From positions 61,614 through 81,613 of the forward strand of contig LVLI01000158.1 of NCBI GenBank assembly GCA_001687465.1: a stretch of DNA of 20,000 bases. The letters are read 5' to 3'. Shown here one piece after another: positions 8,901 to 20,000 of this stretch; within the stretch, counting starts at the first letter, position 1; each line of letters begins with the position of its first letter. Under the pieces are notes generated by a model that searched no databases, had not been told where the DNA came from, and worked only from the letters and a program-made list of their open reading frames with translations. Origin of the DNA: Halocafeteria seosinensis (lineage: Eukaryota). Made by a program: the position numbers and the translations under genes.

Positions 8901-11900
8901 TGATACCGTCCAGCTTATGGACCACGTGAAGGTAGACTTGACGGATGTTACTCGGATAGATGCTCTTGAGTGGGAGTTACTGGACTTCAGTGATCTTGAA
9001 TGGAGCAATGCATATTCTGATAAGCTCAAGCTCAACGTAGCAGAGTTATTTGTTGTGTCTTCTTCCGCGTCAGCAACTGGTAACCGAGGAGGAATGCTTG
9101 CTAATGCAGCAGACCCATCGAGCGAATGTAGTATCGCCGATCAAGTTGATGGTTCCGGTGGTATACACGCTGGTTTTAGTGGAAGATCCTTGCAAAACAT
9201 AAGTGTTCCCTGTGGTAACTACACATCCCCTCAAATTCGAGGCAGCGGGGGAAGAAACGGCACTGATATGGCTCACGGTGGAACAGGTGGAGGCGCGTTA
9301 GTATTGAAGGTAAACTCGAGTCCCTCGTCTTGTATAATTATTGACGGGGTAGTTGAAGTTAACGGCGGGGAAGGCGAAGCAGGTGGCGGGAATGATGAGG
9401 TCGCCGGCGGTGGTGGTGCGGGAGGAAGTCTTGTTGTACAAACTCGTTCTTTCGGTGGCAACGGCAGTCTTTATAGCCTAGGTGGTGACGGCGGAAGTCA
9501 CACTGATAGTGCAGGATGGGGTGGGAGCGGCTCAGGTGGCCGCATTGCGATCGAGACCGAAATAACTTCATTCGGAGGTAGCGTCTTCGCCTACGGAGGA
9601 AGTGGGCCATATCCTGGTGGTGCTGGCACTGTCTATTGGAATGTCCTGAATGCATCCCACGGCGATCCCCAACGTGTGCTCCGGGTGGACAATCATGGAA
9701 TAGGATGCTGTGCTTTAACGACCCTCGGCGACGACTTGCCCTCGCGAGCTCTTCTGGATAGTATTTCTGTTGAGGGTGGTGGTCATTTCTCGCCTGCTTT
9801 ACCCCGCGATGACCATAATCCCTTGACAGTTCAAATTGGCACGTTCTCCGGTGATTCGGAAAGCTTTTTGAAAGTGCACAACGGATCCCACCTGCTAGTT
9901 TTGGGAGTAGACCTAAGTGAAGGATTTCTTGACTCTGAGAAGACCACGCTCGATGAAGATTCTTCCCAACGGATAGTCTCTTTCAAGCGGGTATATTTGT
10001 CCGCGGGACTGACAGTACGGAACCTTGATTTTGAAGTAGAGAAAGGGGCCACCATAGACCTTCCAGATAACACTTCCTTTGTTAACAATGAGGTCGATGT
10101 ATTTGGTACATTTGCTGGCAGAACGAATCTACATCTGGGTCGCAATTGCAATCTTTCATTGCACGGTGTTTCCAGTGGATCTGAGGTGGGTGCCCCGGGC
10201 ATCTACGAGTGGGGGGACTTCTCAATGGCAGGAAATGCAAGATTAATACTGGATAATGTTCGCAATATTTCAACGGCTTCTGTGATGCTGCTCGACTATA
10301 GTTCGATTACAGCTACAAACAATGACTCACTCGGCTTGGAAATATATGCTGAGAGAAGTTTTCGCACTGGTGAAGAAACGCTGATCGACTTGACAGGAGG
10401 AGGTATGCCATCGAATGAAGTGGATCCGGAATCAGATTGCAGACGTGCGACTAATCCTAGTGGCCTTGGTGGAGCCGGAGGATCACTTGGCGGGCGAGGC
10501 GGAAACTCTACATCTCCTGCATGTGGAGTATTTGACCGACCGATGCTGCGTGGTTCTGGAGGCGAAGCAGCTTTTGGAGCGTCCGGAGGGGCTGGTGGTG
10601 GTGCATTAAAAGTAGTTACTAAACTTTTTGAAGAAGCATTCATCAGAATCAACGGTACGATTGAGTGTAATGGAAACAGGGGGGCACTTGTTGGGAATAT
10701 AGGTTCAGGTGGCGGTAGTGGCGGGACCATTACTATTGAGACAAGCCTTTTTGAAGGAGGAGGTGGTCTATACGCGGATGGAGGGGTAGGTGGAGACGGC
10801 GGAGGATCAGGAGCCGGTGGAAGAATATCGATACTATCAGAGCGTTCAACATTCAATGGCATTCTGTCAGCCTCCTCGTCAGAGGAATTTCCTGCATCCC
10901 CAGGTGTCGTTTTTGTGGAGGAAGCATCACTAGGACAAGGAAAACTCTCCGTTGATGGCGTTGCGGATTCTGCCTATTCCCAGGAGGTGCTAGTCGATGC
11001 GACTTGTTACTATGGACACAACGTGACAAGTATGTCATTTGTGCAGACGGACCACATAGGATTGTTGCTTGGATCTCGGAGTGACATTGACTCTCCTTAC
11101 GACGTGTTAGCGAAAGGGGAAGTGGGCTTGCGTGTAGAGTGTTACGACTGTGGTGAATATGGTTCACTGAGGTACAACATGGGTGGAACTCTGCACTTGA
11201 AGCAATCGTCGACCTTGACGTTGATGGGCAATATATCTTCCTTACAGCTGGACAGCGTCTATATTCTGAATGGTTCTACCCTCTCCTCGGTCGGTACAGT
11301 TGTGGGCTTGATGGAGATATCGTTTATTGATACCCTGTACGTCGATAGTAACAGTTCGGTAGATTTTTCTGCACTTGGGTACCCCAGCGGAGAAGCTGAT
11401 GTTGACGCTGGGTGCTCGGGAAGCGAAAAGGCATCGGGTGGCAGTCTTGGAGGCTTTGGAGGCGGCAGCGACGTTGGTCTTCCGTGTGGGGACTTAGTTG
11501 AACCGACAACTGGGGGCAGCGGTGGTGGGTCGGAACTTGGAGGTCGTGGGGGTGGTGCACTGTTCTTGAATGGTGGATCCTCCTCTACATCGTCCCTCTA
11601 CCTTGGTGGTAGTATTTTAGTCAGCGGGCAAAATGGGCAGGGGAAGAACAATGAATTTGGAGGAGGGGGGAGCGGTGGTAGCCTGTATGTCGATGTCGCG
11701 CAGCTAAGCGGAGCGGGCAAATTTGTTGCAAATGGTGGTAATGCGGCCCGAGATGGCGACCAGTTTGCATCAAATGCGTCTGCTGGCTCTGGCGGCCGTA
11801 TTGCTGTGCATACCGACGGCGACTCAATCGCATTCACAGGGAAAGCCATCAGCCAGGGCGGCCGAGCGCTTTATGTCAGTCGCGCAGGCGCTGCAGGCAC

Positions 11901-14900
11901 AGTGTTGTTTGCTTCTCACTCCGGTGAAGACACAAGACTACGGCTGGAAGTCGACAATGGACGGCGACGGTTCAAGGAATCAGCTCCTTTGACACTACTG
12001 CCTAACACAAGTGCCGAATATCGGTTTGACGAAATGTTCCTGGGTGGTGGAAGCCGTTTTGGCGTTTTAAGCCCCAATACGCCCTCCTATTGGAGCGGGA
12101 GTGTTGCGCTCACCATTTCCGAGTTCTCTGGAGATGATAAAGGGCGTTTGGAGGTTTTCGAAAATGTGTCTGTGAGTATCATTGGCCCGATAGCGCCCAA
12201 TGTTACAGCTCGTAACCCAGTGGGTCATCATTACTATAGCGTGCCCTATATAGTGAGCGAGGTGAGATCATTTTGGTTCCCGAGCACGTTTTTATTGGAC
12301 TTTGCGGATATATTGGTGAAGGAGGAAGGTACATTGCTTCTTCCAAACACGACAGTATGTGGTCATCGCGTCGACATCCACGGAAAGCTTAATAGTGCTG
12401 ATAACATGCGTATTGGGTCTGGGGCTCAAGTACACCTGTATGGTGATGGTGGATTTGACGATGAGCACATAGGCAATTTCAAATTTGATAACTTTTCAAT
12501 GTATGATAATGGAAGCCTACACCTGCACGAAATTCGAGCCCTCAATGCTACGCGGTTTGAAGTGGGCGCGGGTTCGGAGATCCATAGTGATAATGCTGAA
12601 ACGTTGGGGGTTTATGTGTATACGGAGGAACAATTTTCTCTTGAGATGGACAGCACGTGGAATGCTGTTGGTGGTGGATATAAGGAGTCATCGCCCTCTT
12701 TTGGATCTTGTGTTGTCCCTGAGGATGGAGCTGGTGGGACGTATGGTGGTCAAGGTGGCTCATCTGGTGCCAGTCCGTGTGGTGCTTTCGATACCCCGTT
12801 TCAGCTGGGAATTCCTGGGGGTTCGATGAGTGGTCAGAATGGAAGTCGCGGTGGTGGAGCTCTGTTCGTGGAAGGAATCGATGGACAAGCTGTTTGGGAG
12901 GTTAAAATTGACGGTAAAATTGATGTAAGGGGATCGGATGGAGACAATGAGAGCGGTGGTGGTAGTGGTGGTAGTGTGTATATTCATGGTGTCCGTATCG
13001 AAGGTAATGGCGAGGTCCTTGCCGAAGGCGGGAACTCTCTAGACACTGGTGGCGGTGGTGGAGGTCGAATTGCATTGATTGCTGAGGAAAGTTTGGACTA
13101 TGAACGAAAAGGTAGTAGCGCACTGGGTGGAGCATCAAACTTTAATGGTTCCACTGGTACCATTCTGTTTCGGGAAATTGCATCCGGGGAGAGCGTAGTC
13201 CTCATCGATAACGGGAACCGAACATCGGCGAATGAGAGTTTGACAGCTTTATCTGGAGGATTGTCTGGATCATATGAAATCAGTGAGCTAAAACTTGAGA
13301 ACAATGCCCGTTTGCATTGGGAGTTATCCGAAGATGTGGCTAGTGTCACCATGAGTGGGTCGCTCAGGATTAACACCGGCAGCATCGTGAACGTGGAAAG
13401 CTCAGAGATTCTTCGGCGTTCTGGTATTCATTTTGGGGACAACCTGGATGTACGTTCCCTTCTAACGCTGGACAATGTGACTGAGGTGTCAGCAAAAAAT
13501 ATCCACGTTTGTGGTCTAGGATCGCTCATTGATTTTACGACTGGTTCATCGAGTGTGGCGATGGAAGCGACAGACACTTTCGAGGTGTGTGGGGAGTCGA
13601 GTATTAACGGTGATGGTGGTGGCTCACAGAGTGATTCAGCGCCGTTTGATTGTCACATTGCGGGTAGTGGGACTGGCGGAAGTTATGGTGGACGTAGCGC
13701 GAATGGGACAGATCCTTGTGGGGATTACGATGGAAGTAATTTGATTCCCGGTGTAGGAGGTGGATCGGATCTTGACGGTGAAATGAGCCTTGGCGGTAGT
13801 GGCGGGGCTGCGTTGGAGATCATATGTAATACCACTGACAGCTCTGTAGTCCGAGTGGATGGCAGAATTTCTGTCGACGGGACGTCAGGTTCTGGTGGTG
13901 GAGGTAGTGGGTCGGGGGGAACATTGGTAATCTATAGCAGCATTTTGGAAGGGAGTGATTCGGGAATGATGAGTGTTCGAGGTGGTGCATCATCTGAGGG
14001 GGGTGGTGCTGGAAGTGGAGGTCGTTTGGCTGTCTACATGAGTGAAGTCAACGAGTACGACGGGTCTTGGCGTAGTAGCAGTGGTACTAGTGAAGATTTT
14101 CCCGAGCTGTTGGCTGCAGCCGGGACAGTGTATCTGCATGAGGGACCCTTGAGTCAGCATAATGAGACGAAAGTGATGATTGATAATGATAATATGCTGC
14201 AAACCGATGACTTTTCAGATCCGCGCTATACGTGGTTATCTGGATCGTGCCAGTCTGAATATTTGATAAATGAAGTGGTTGTGGATGGTGGCGGACGTTT
14301 AGAATTTGGGGATGCTTTGGGTATGATGTGCGGTGCCTCTACAGTCCTGCGTGGATCCCTAAGCTTACTAGCCCGCAGTCAAGGACGTTGGATCTATAAT
14401 TTGGGACCACTAAAGCGATTTGATATTCGAGATGACTTGGTGTCAACCAATGGTTCGTCTTTGCTCCTCGATAATGTTGATTCTTTCGGTTTGGGGACTG
14501 GTTGGTTGAATGGATCAAGCGCAATGTTGGTACTCAACCAGGGGGTGAATGGCACCCAGATGGTGGTACATGATAGTCTTTCTGTAAGCAAAGGTTCGAA
14601 AATCGATGGCGACGGTAAAGGATTTGGTAGTGGTGAGGCAAATGTAGATGCAGGGTGCGTGAGTAGTGGTGTCGATGGCAGTGGTGGTAGTTTTGGCGGG
14701 CAAGGTGGACTTGGAGATCCTTGGGGCTGCGGTAGTGTTGCGGACGTATTTTATCGTGGGTCTGGTGGAATACATGGCTCAGATAATGATGCCAAAGGTG
14801 GTGCAGGAGGCAACAGTCTTTGGATTAGTGTATTGTCTGTTGATGGATGGATGAACTTAGAAGGTAATATTAGTGCTCGTGGTGTCGATGGAGACGACAC

Positions 14901-17900
14901 CGCGATGGGTGACGATCGAGCTGGTGGTGGAGGTAGTGGTGGTGGTATAACTTTAGTGGTGAATCGCTTTTCTGGTGGAGGAGTTTTGAGTTGTGGCGGT
15001 GGTGATGGTGGTGAGAATTCGGCCGATCCCAATAATGGTGGTGGTGGTGGTAGCGGTGGTCGTATAATTGTAGCCACTGCAGAGTATGACTTCGAGGGTA
15101 GGGTTGATGCGTATGGTGGCTTGGGTGGTGGGTCATCATCGTCTCGTACCGATCTGGCAGGTGCTCCAGGAACCATCCTATTTATTGAAGATGCTGACTT
15201 CCCCTTAGAGGATGGTACTGAGATTCCAGTTGGGGATCACCGTCGAGTAGAAATTGACAACGATAATCGGGTACCGTTTGAAGATCCGGAAACTTGGGCT
15301 GCAACTCGCCTAGGATTCCCTGAGCAATCTTTGTACAACTTGTCTGAAATCGAGGTGATCGGCACGTCTCGGCTGTTTTTAGATGCTAATGATGTGGATA
15401 GGGTCCAGTTACTTGGGGGATTATCTATTGGTGCTGATTCTTGGGTCGACGTTAATGGATCAGGTGGTAATGTTATTGCTTTCAGGGATGATGTATTGGT
15501 TAATCGACAAGGAACGCTTAATCTGAAGGATATAATGCGCTTGGAGAGCCACGGACTGACCATTCAAGCAGATTCAATGCTCCGAGTTAACAATTCTGAA
15601 TCGAGCGGTATTACTTTTTCCCTCTTAGCGTTCTTGAAGGTGGAGGATGGTGGATCGTTGAATGGAAATTGGGGTGGCGTCAGAGCTGGTGGCAGTGCTT
15701 TGGATAATGCAGGATGCCTGGTTCTCGGCATGTCTTCTAGTGGCGGTAGCTACGGTGGACAAGGAGGCAGACCTACAACGAGACCTTGTGGCGCGTATGA
15801 TGATGCATCTGCTCGTGGTGTTCCAGGTGGATCGAGTGCCAGTACTGCCGGGGGCGCAGGTGGCAATTCCGTGCGAATTAATGTATCAGATGGATACATT
15901 GAAGTAAATGGTTCCGTTTCGGTTGATGGCGGAGATGGAAAATCGCGTAATAGCTCGGCTAGTGGAGCGGGAAGTGGCGGAAGTATTCGGATGTCTGCAG
16001 ATAGCATTAGCGGAACTGGTAACGTAACAGCAGATGGTGGCAAGGGTGGATTATGCCTCCTGGGAGATGCGTGCGCTGCTTATGGTTCCGGTGGGGGTGG
16101 ACGAATAATCTTGGAGTCTAAGTCCTTCGGGGAAGGGTTACATGTGACGGCACTTGGTGGCCCTGTTGTACAAGGAGAAGTCGACACTCACGGTTCCAGT
16201 GGCACAATCCTTTACAGTGGTCACCGCAATCGGGTTGTCATTGATAATAACTACCGGGGATACCCCTCTACGTCATTGACACTGCTTGATCCATCGCATC
16301 GCCTAGAGTACGACATCGATGAGCTTATCATGCGTGGCCGTGTGTTCTTGATTTTGACTGCGCCGTCGCCAGGTGGAGTGTTAGAACACGCAAGAGTCAA
16401 CTTTACGGGCTCATTGCTCGTCCAAGAAGATAGCAAGCTTGAGCTAGATCACCCTGGCATGGGTACGGCGAAGAATATTTCCTTCAATTGGGGAGGCAAT
16501 GTGAACATCACTGGGAGCGAAACCTTGGTTCTAACCCGGGATGTGATCGGACTTGGGGCAGAGTCATTCGAATTAACCCACGGTAGTGAGCTGAGGACGA
16601 CGCGCAGCAAGATATGGAAAACATTTAAAATTGAAGTCGCTTCGAATATAAACATCGATTCTTCGTCGATGCTAAATGGCAAAGCATCAGGGATGCGCGA
16701 TGGAAAGGCGATGACCTCCTTCGGCTGCAAGGTTCCTAAGCTACCGACGCGAGGTGGAAGCTACGGTGGTCGCTCAAATAGAGGAGCTAAACCTTGCGGA
16801 AGATACAACGTTGCTCTTTCACTTGGGAATGGTGGGGACAGTGGTGGTGGCAGAGGAGGTGGTGGCTTTCATTTGGTTACGTCGAATGCCGCACCTTCAT
16901 TTATCCGAATAGACGGTGAAATCAATGTCGAAGGTATGAGCACTACCGGAGATGGAGGTGCAGGTAGTGGAGGTAGCGTGCGGTTAGAAAGTCATAGACT
17001 TGTCGGAAGCAGCTCTGGCACGATATCTGCAAACGGAGGGGATGCAACTGGTAAAGGGGGAGGCGGCAGTGGAGGGCGCATTGCCCTATATAGCGTCCAA
17101 ATACCTATATTTCATGGTGCTGCAACTGCCTTCGGTGGTAGTTCTGACTCTGCCGCAGCTGCTGGTACTGTGTATTGGCATGTTGGACGGGAAGATGACT
17201 TCTCGAACGCTACTGTGACTGTAGATAATGATGGATTAGCAACGGGGGACATTGATGACTCCCGATATACATGGCTTTCTGGAACATGCGAGGAAGTTTT
17301 CAACATTTCTGAAATCCAGGTCAAAGGGAGGGGAAAAATTGAGTTCGGCCAATCTCCAGGAGAAACCTGCGAGATTCCTTCTATGTTTGATGGAGCGTTG
17401 CTGCTAAAGGAAAGCTCCCAAGCTCGATTTCTTGCTGTTGAAGATCTCCATTCCTCTGTTTCGTTCTCTGGGTCTGTGTTATTGTCGAGTTCGTCGCTGC
17501 TGTATCTGGCTCATGTGAACGCGTTGGATATATCAGATGCGCTAGAGGCATCCGAACACTCCCGCATTCAACAGTATGGAGATTTGACTGTTTCAGCCTC
17601 TCGGATTGGGATGTCATCCTCGTCCGTGTGGGAGCACTTCAGCGACGGTAGTGAAAGTCTGGGTATGTATTTCGGCTCCTCGTTTGGTGTTGATAAGACT
17701 AGTAATATCGACCTGGACGGTCAGGGGTACTCTAGCGGGATGAGTGCGGTAGACTGTAGTAGCAGTGGAGTCTCTGCTGGTGGCAGTTTAGGAGGGATCG
17801 GTGGTGGTAAAGGTGCTGGTATGCCTTGCGGCAACGTTTTCGACCCGCGTTTAGGAGGTACGGGAGGAGGAGATGGTGACTCCGGAAGCAAAGGAGGTCA

Positions 17901-20000
17901 CGGAGGCGGATCATTCTTCGCTATTGGGTATGGGTTACATCGAACCGAAGCGAATATTGACGGGAACATTACGTGCAATGGGGAAGAAGGCATGGCAAAC
18001 CCTTCCAATGCAGGGGGTGGTGGCAGCGGCGGTAGTATCTACCTTGAGACGCATGTCCTACGAGGGGTAGGCTTTCTTTCGGCGAACGGTGGCGATGCTG
18101 GGTCCGCTCAGGGGTCGTCTGGTTCTGGAGGCCGTATTGCCGTTTACTCAAATGACTCTTTGCTCTTTTTCGGCCATGCCAATGCTCTCGGCGGTTCTGC
18201 TTTCGAGCCGGGGAGAAGAGGAGCAGCAGGTACAGCTTTACTCGTATCACGGAATTCTTCTTGGGGAGGGTATGCAGATGCCAACCTACAATTCCGACTA
18301 GAAGTTGATAATGGACGGAAGAGCTTCAACGAATTGGCACCACCCACATTGTTGCCCAACAGCACTACCGTTGAATATATCTTCGACCAGGTTTACCTGG
18401 CTGGTGGAAGTCGTTTCGGTCTTATGAGCCCTTGGAGTCCGGACTACTGGGAAGCTAGCAACGCGTTGAACATACTTTCGTTTTCCGGAGACGGGACCGG
18501 CCGTCTTGAAGTGCTTGCGAATGTGTCTGTGAGCATTGTTGGTCCTTCGAATGCTAATATCACAGCTCGAAGTCCGGTGGCGCGGACCTACAGCGAGCAT
18601 GCGAATGTTTCCTATCGAATAAGTGAAGTAAGCTCGTTCTGGATTGCTAATACGTTTGAGTTGAATTTTGCGGATATTTTAGTCAAAGAAACTGGCACGT
18701 TACTGCTTCCGAGAAATACAACGTTGTTGGGCCATCATATAAGTATTCATGGAAACCTCGGCAGCGAGGACAACTTGCGTATTGGCCCCGGTGGCATAGT
18801 AGATCTGTATGGGACAGGTGGTTTTGACGATGACCACTTTGGTAATTTCAAGTTTGATGAACTCTCTCTTTATGGGGATGGTCGTTTGAATCTCCATGAA
18901 ATCCGCGCATTGAATGCGACGACGTTTGAATTGGATGCCGGCGCAAAGGTACGCAGCGACAATACGAAAACTCTGGGAGTCTATGTGTATACTGAAGAAC
19001 GGTTCTTCCTTGAACATGGTAGCCGATGGGATGCTCATGGTGGCGGATATAATCAATCGCTGTCGTCATTTGGAGCTTGTTCGGCACCGATCGCTGGTAG
19101 TGGTGGTACTTATGGAGGTCAAGGTGGGCTGTCGGATAGCCATCCGTGTGGCTCTTTCGATACACCATTTCAACTTGGAGTCCCAGGTGGTTCTGAACTT
19201 GATAACGGTGGAAACCGTGGCGGAGGTGGTGTCTTTGTAGAGGGAATCGACGGTATAGCTGCTTTAGAGATAGCTATTGATGGCGTAATCGACGTACAAG
19301 GTGAATCCGGGGATGCTTTCACCGGTGGTGGCAGTGGTGGGAGTGTGTTCCTTCATGGGATGGTTGTGCAAGGTCGAGGAAGTATTATGGCAGATGGTGG
19401 GGATGCCGTGGAAACTGGCGGCGGTGGTGGCGGTCGGGTTGCACTTGTAGCTGAAGATCAGTTGGTTTACGATGGTGGTATAAGTGCTTTTGGTGGATCT
19501 TCGTTGGTATCCGGTGGCTCAGCTGGGACTGTCCTCCGTCGTCTGATTGCGACAGGAGACAGCCTTGTCCTGGTTGACAATGGAAATACGACAATGGCAA
19601 ATGAGAGTTTGACAGCATTATCTGGTGAACTTCGTAGCAGTTACGATATCACAGAGTTACAGTTGCACAACAATGCTCGCTTACATTGGATCCTGGGTCC
19701 TGGCGTAGCAGAAGTTGAGGTAAACGGGTCCGCTGATATTTCGAAGGGTAGCGTATTGAATGTTGAGAGCACAATGTCGATACCTACTGCAAGTGTCATC
19801 TTTAAGGGAGCCCTAACTGTGTCGTCCCGTTTGACATTGGATAATATCGATTCGATCTCAGCGACAAGATTCCAGGTCTGTGGTATAGATTCAGTCGTTT
19901 CTTTCACCACGCCGTCGTTCGGACTGACCGTGGAAGGTCTGGAGCTGGTTGAAGTATGCGCTTCGTCGAAGATTGTAGGAGATGGTGGTGGTTTAGGGAG
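5844..20000 (+). CDS. Giant secreted/cell-surface glycine-rich repeat glycoprotein, >4,690 aa, 3'-incomplete; join(5844..5943,6014..>20000)
   Basis: Frame +1 has no stop after the TAG at 5974-5976. I translated it by eye, and the ORF track lists no frame +1 ORF there. It contains a signal peptide, an S/T stalk, 12 GGR[ILV]-anchored Gly-rich modules and many N-x-S/T sequons. Confidence 0.93.
5944..6013 (+). other. Giant-gene intron (70 nt, phase 1)
   Basis: GTAAGT...CGCAG. Splicing gives QDSGS-P-SPSGS and keeps the X-S/T register unbroken across the junction. Confidence 0.85.
6014..6336 (+). repeat. Strict X-(Ser/Thr) dipeptide low-complexity stalk
   Basis: 54 consecutive dipeptides have S or T in the second position. 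DNA repeat GTGACGAGCAGTGAGA occurs at 6121-6136 and 6193-6208, with variants at 6061 and 6289. Confidence 0.9.
11785..13623 (+). repeat. Intragenic segmental duplication, copy 1 (pairs with 18121-20000)
   Basis: Collinear peptides are shared with copy 2: RLEVDNGR, TLLPN, GGSRFG, FADILVKE.GTLLLP, GGFDD.H.GNFKFD, LHEIRALNAT, TLGVYVYTEE, FDTPFQLG.PGGS, ANESLTALSG, NNARLHW. AATGAGAGTTTGACAGC is identical at 13231 and 19600. Confidence 0.92.
18121..20000 (+). repeat. Intragenic segmental duplication, copy 2 (continues past the window edge)
   Basis: Offset 6336-6369 nt from copy 1, which is exactly six modules. Confidence 0.92.

Larger units (their letters stand above)
6568..20000 (+). repeat. Tandem array of at least 12 diverged ~1.0-1.4 kb coding modules
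   Basis: GGR[ILV] anchors start at 6970, 8146, 9535, 10816, 11791, 13060, 14017, 15055, 16096, 17071, 18127 and 19429. A 13th Gly block begins at the right edge (VGDGGG). Confidence 0.9.

Noticed and set aside
8326..11151. CxxC motifs CTTC (8326-8337) and CYDC (11140-11151)
   Set aside because: They are not CxxCH, not paired as zinc fingers, and not repeated across modules; local disulfides are the simpler explanation.
6412..19910. Dozens of minus-strand Pro- or His-rich ORFs and short off-frame plus-strand ORFs
   Set aside because: They are antisense or frame shadows of the GGN-rich giant exon: GGT runs read as Pro or His on the reverse strand.
2699..20000. Functional link between cry-DASH and the giant protein
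   Set aside because: Adjacency in a eukaryotic genome is not evidence of a shared system without synteny or co-expression data.

Overview
Compact eukaryotic genomic DNA with short (about 50-90 nt) GT-AG introns, probably from an alga or protist; the lineage cannot be fixed from this window. From left to right: (1) a degenerate minus-strand P-loop ATPase-like gene running off the left edge, with a frameshift, an in-frame TGA and no intact Walker A; (2) an intact five-exon cryptochrome-DASH gene (2699-4608, 536 aa by my splice model), preceded by two TGACGT bZIP sites and ending in a basic tail plus a p21-like PCNA-binding (PIP) motif, GRKKRVQHLMTDFM*; (3) a giant secreted or surface protein gene that the ORF track misses because its frame has no stop before the window ends. 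It has a signal-peptide exon (5844-5943) and one uninterrupted exon of at least 13,987 nt (6014->20000), giving more than 4,690 aa. The protein has a strict X-(S/T) stalk followed by at least 12 tandem ~320-460 aa Gly-rich modules, each carrying a Cys pair, arranged in nested 3-module and 6-module super-repeats. Nearly all ORF-track entries beyond 6400 are antisense or off-frame shadows of this exon.
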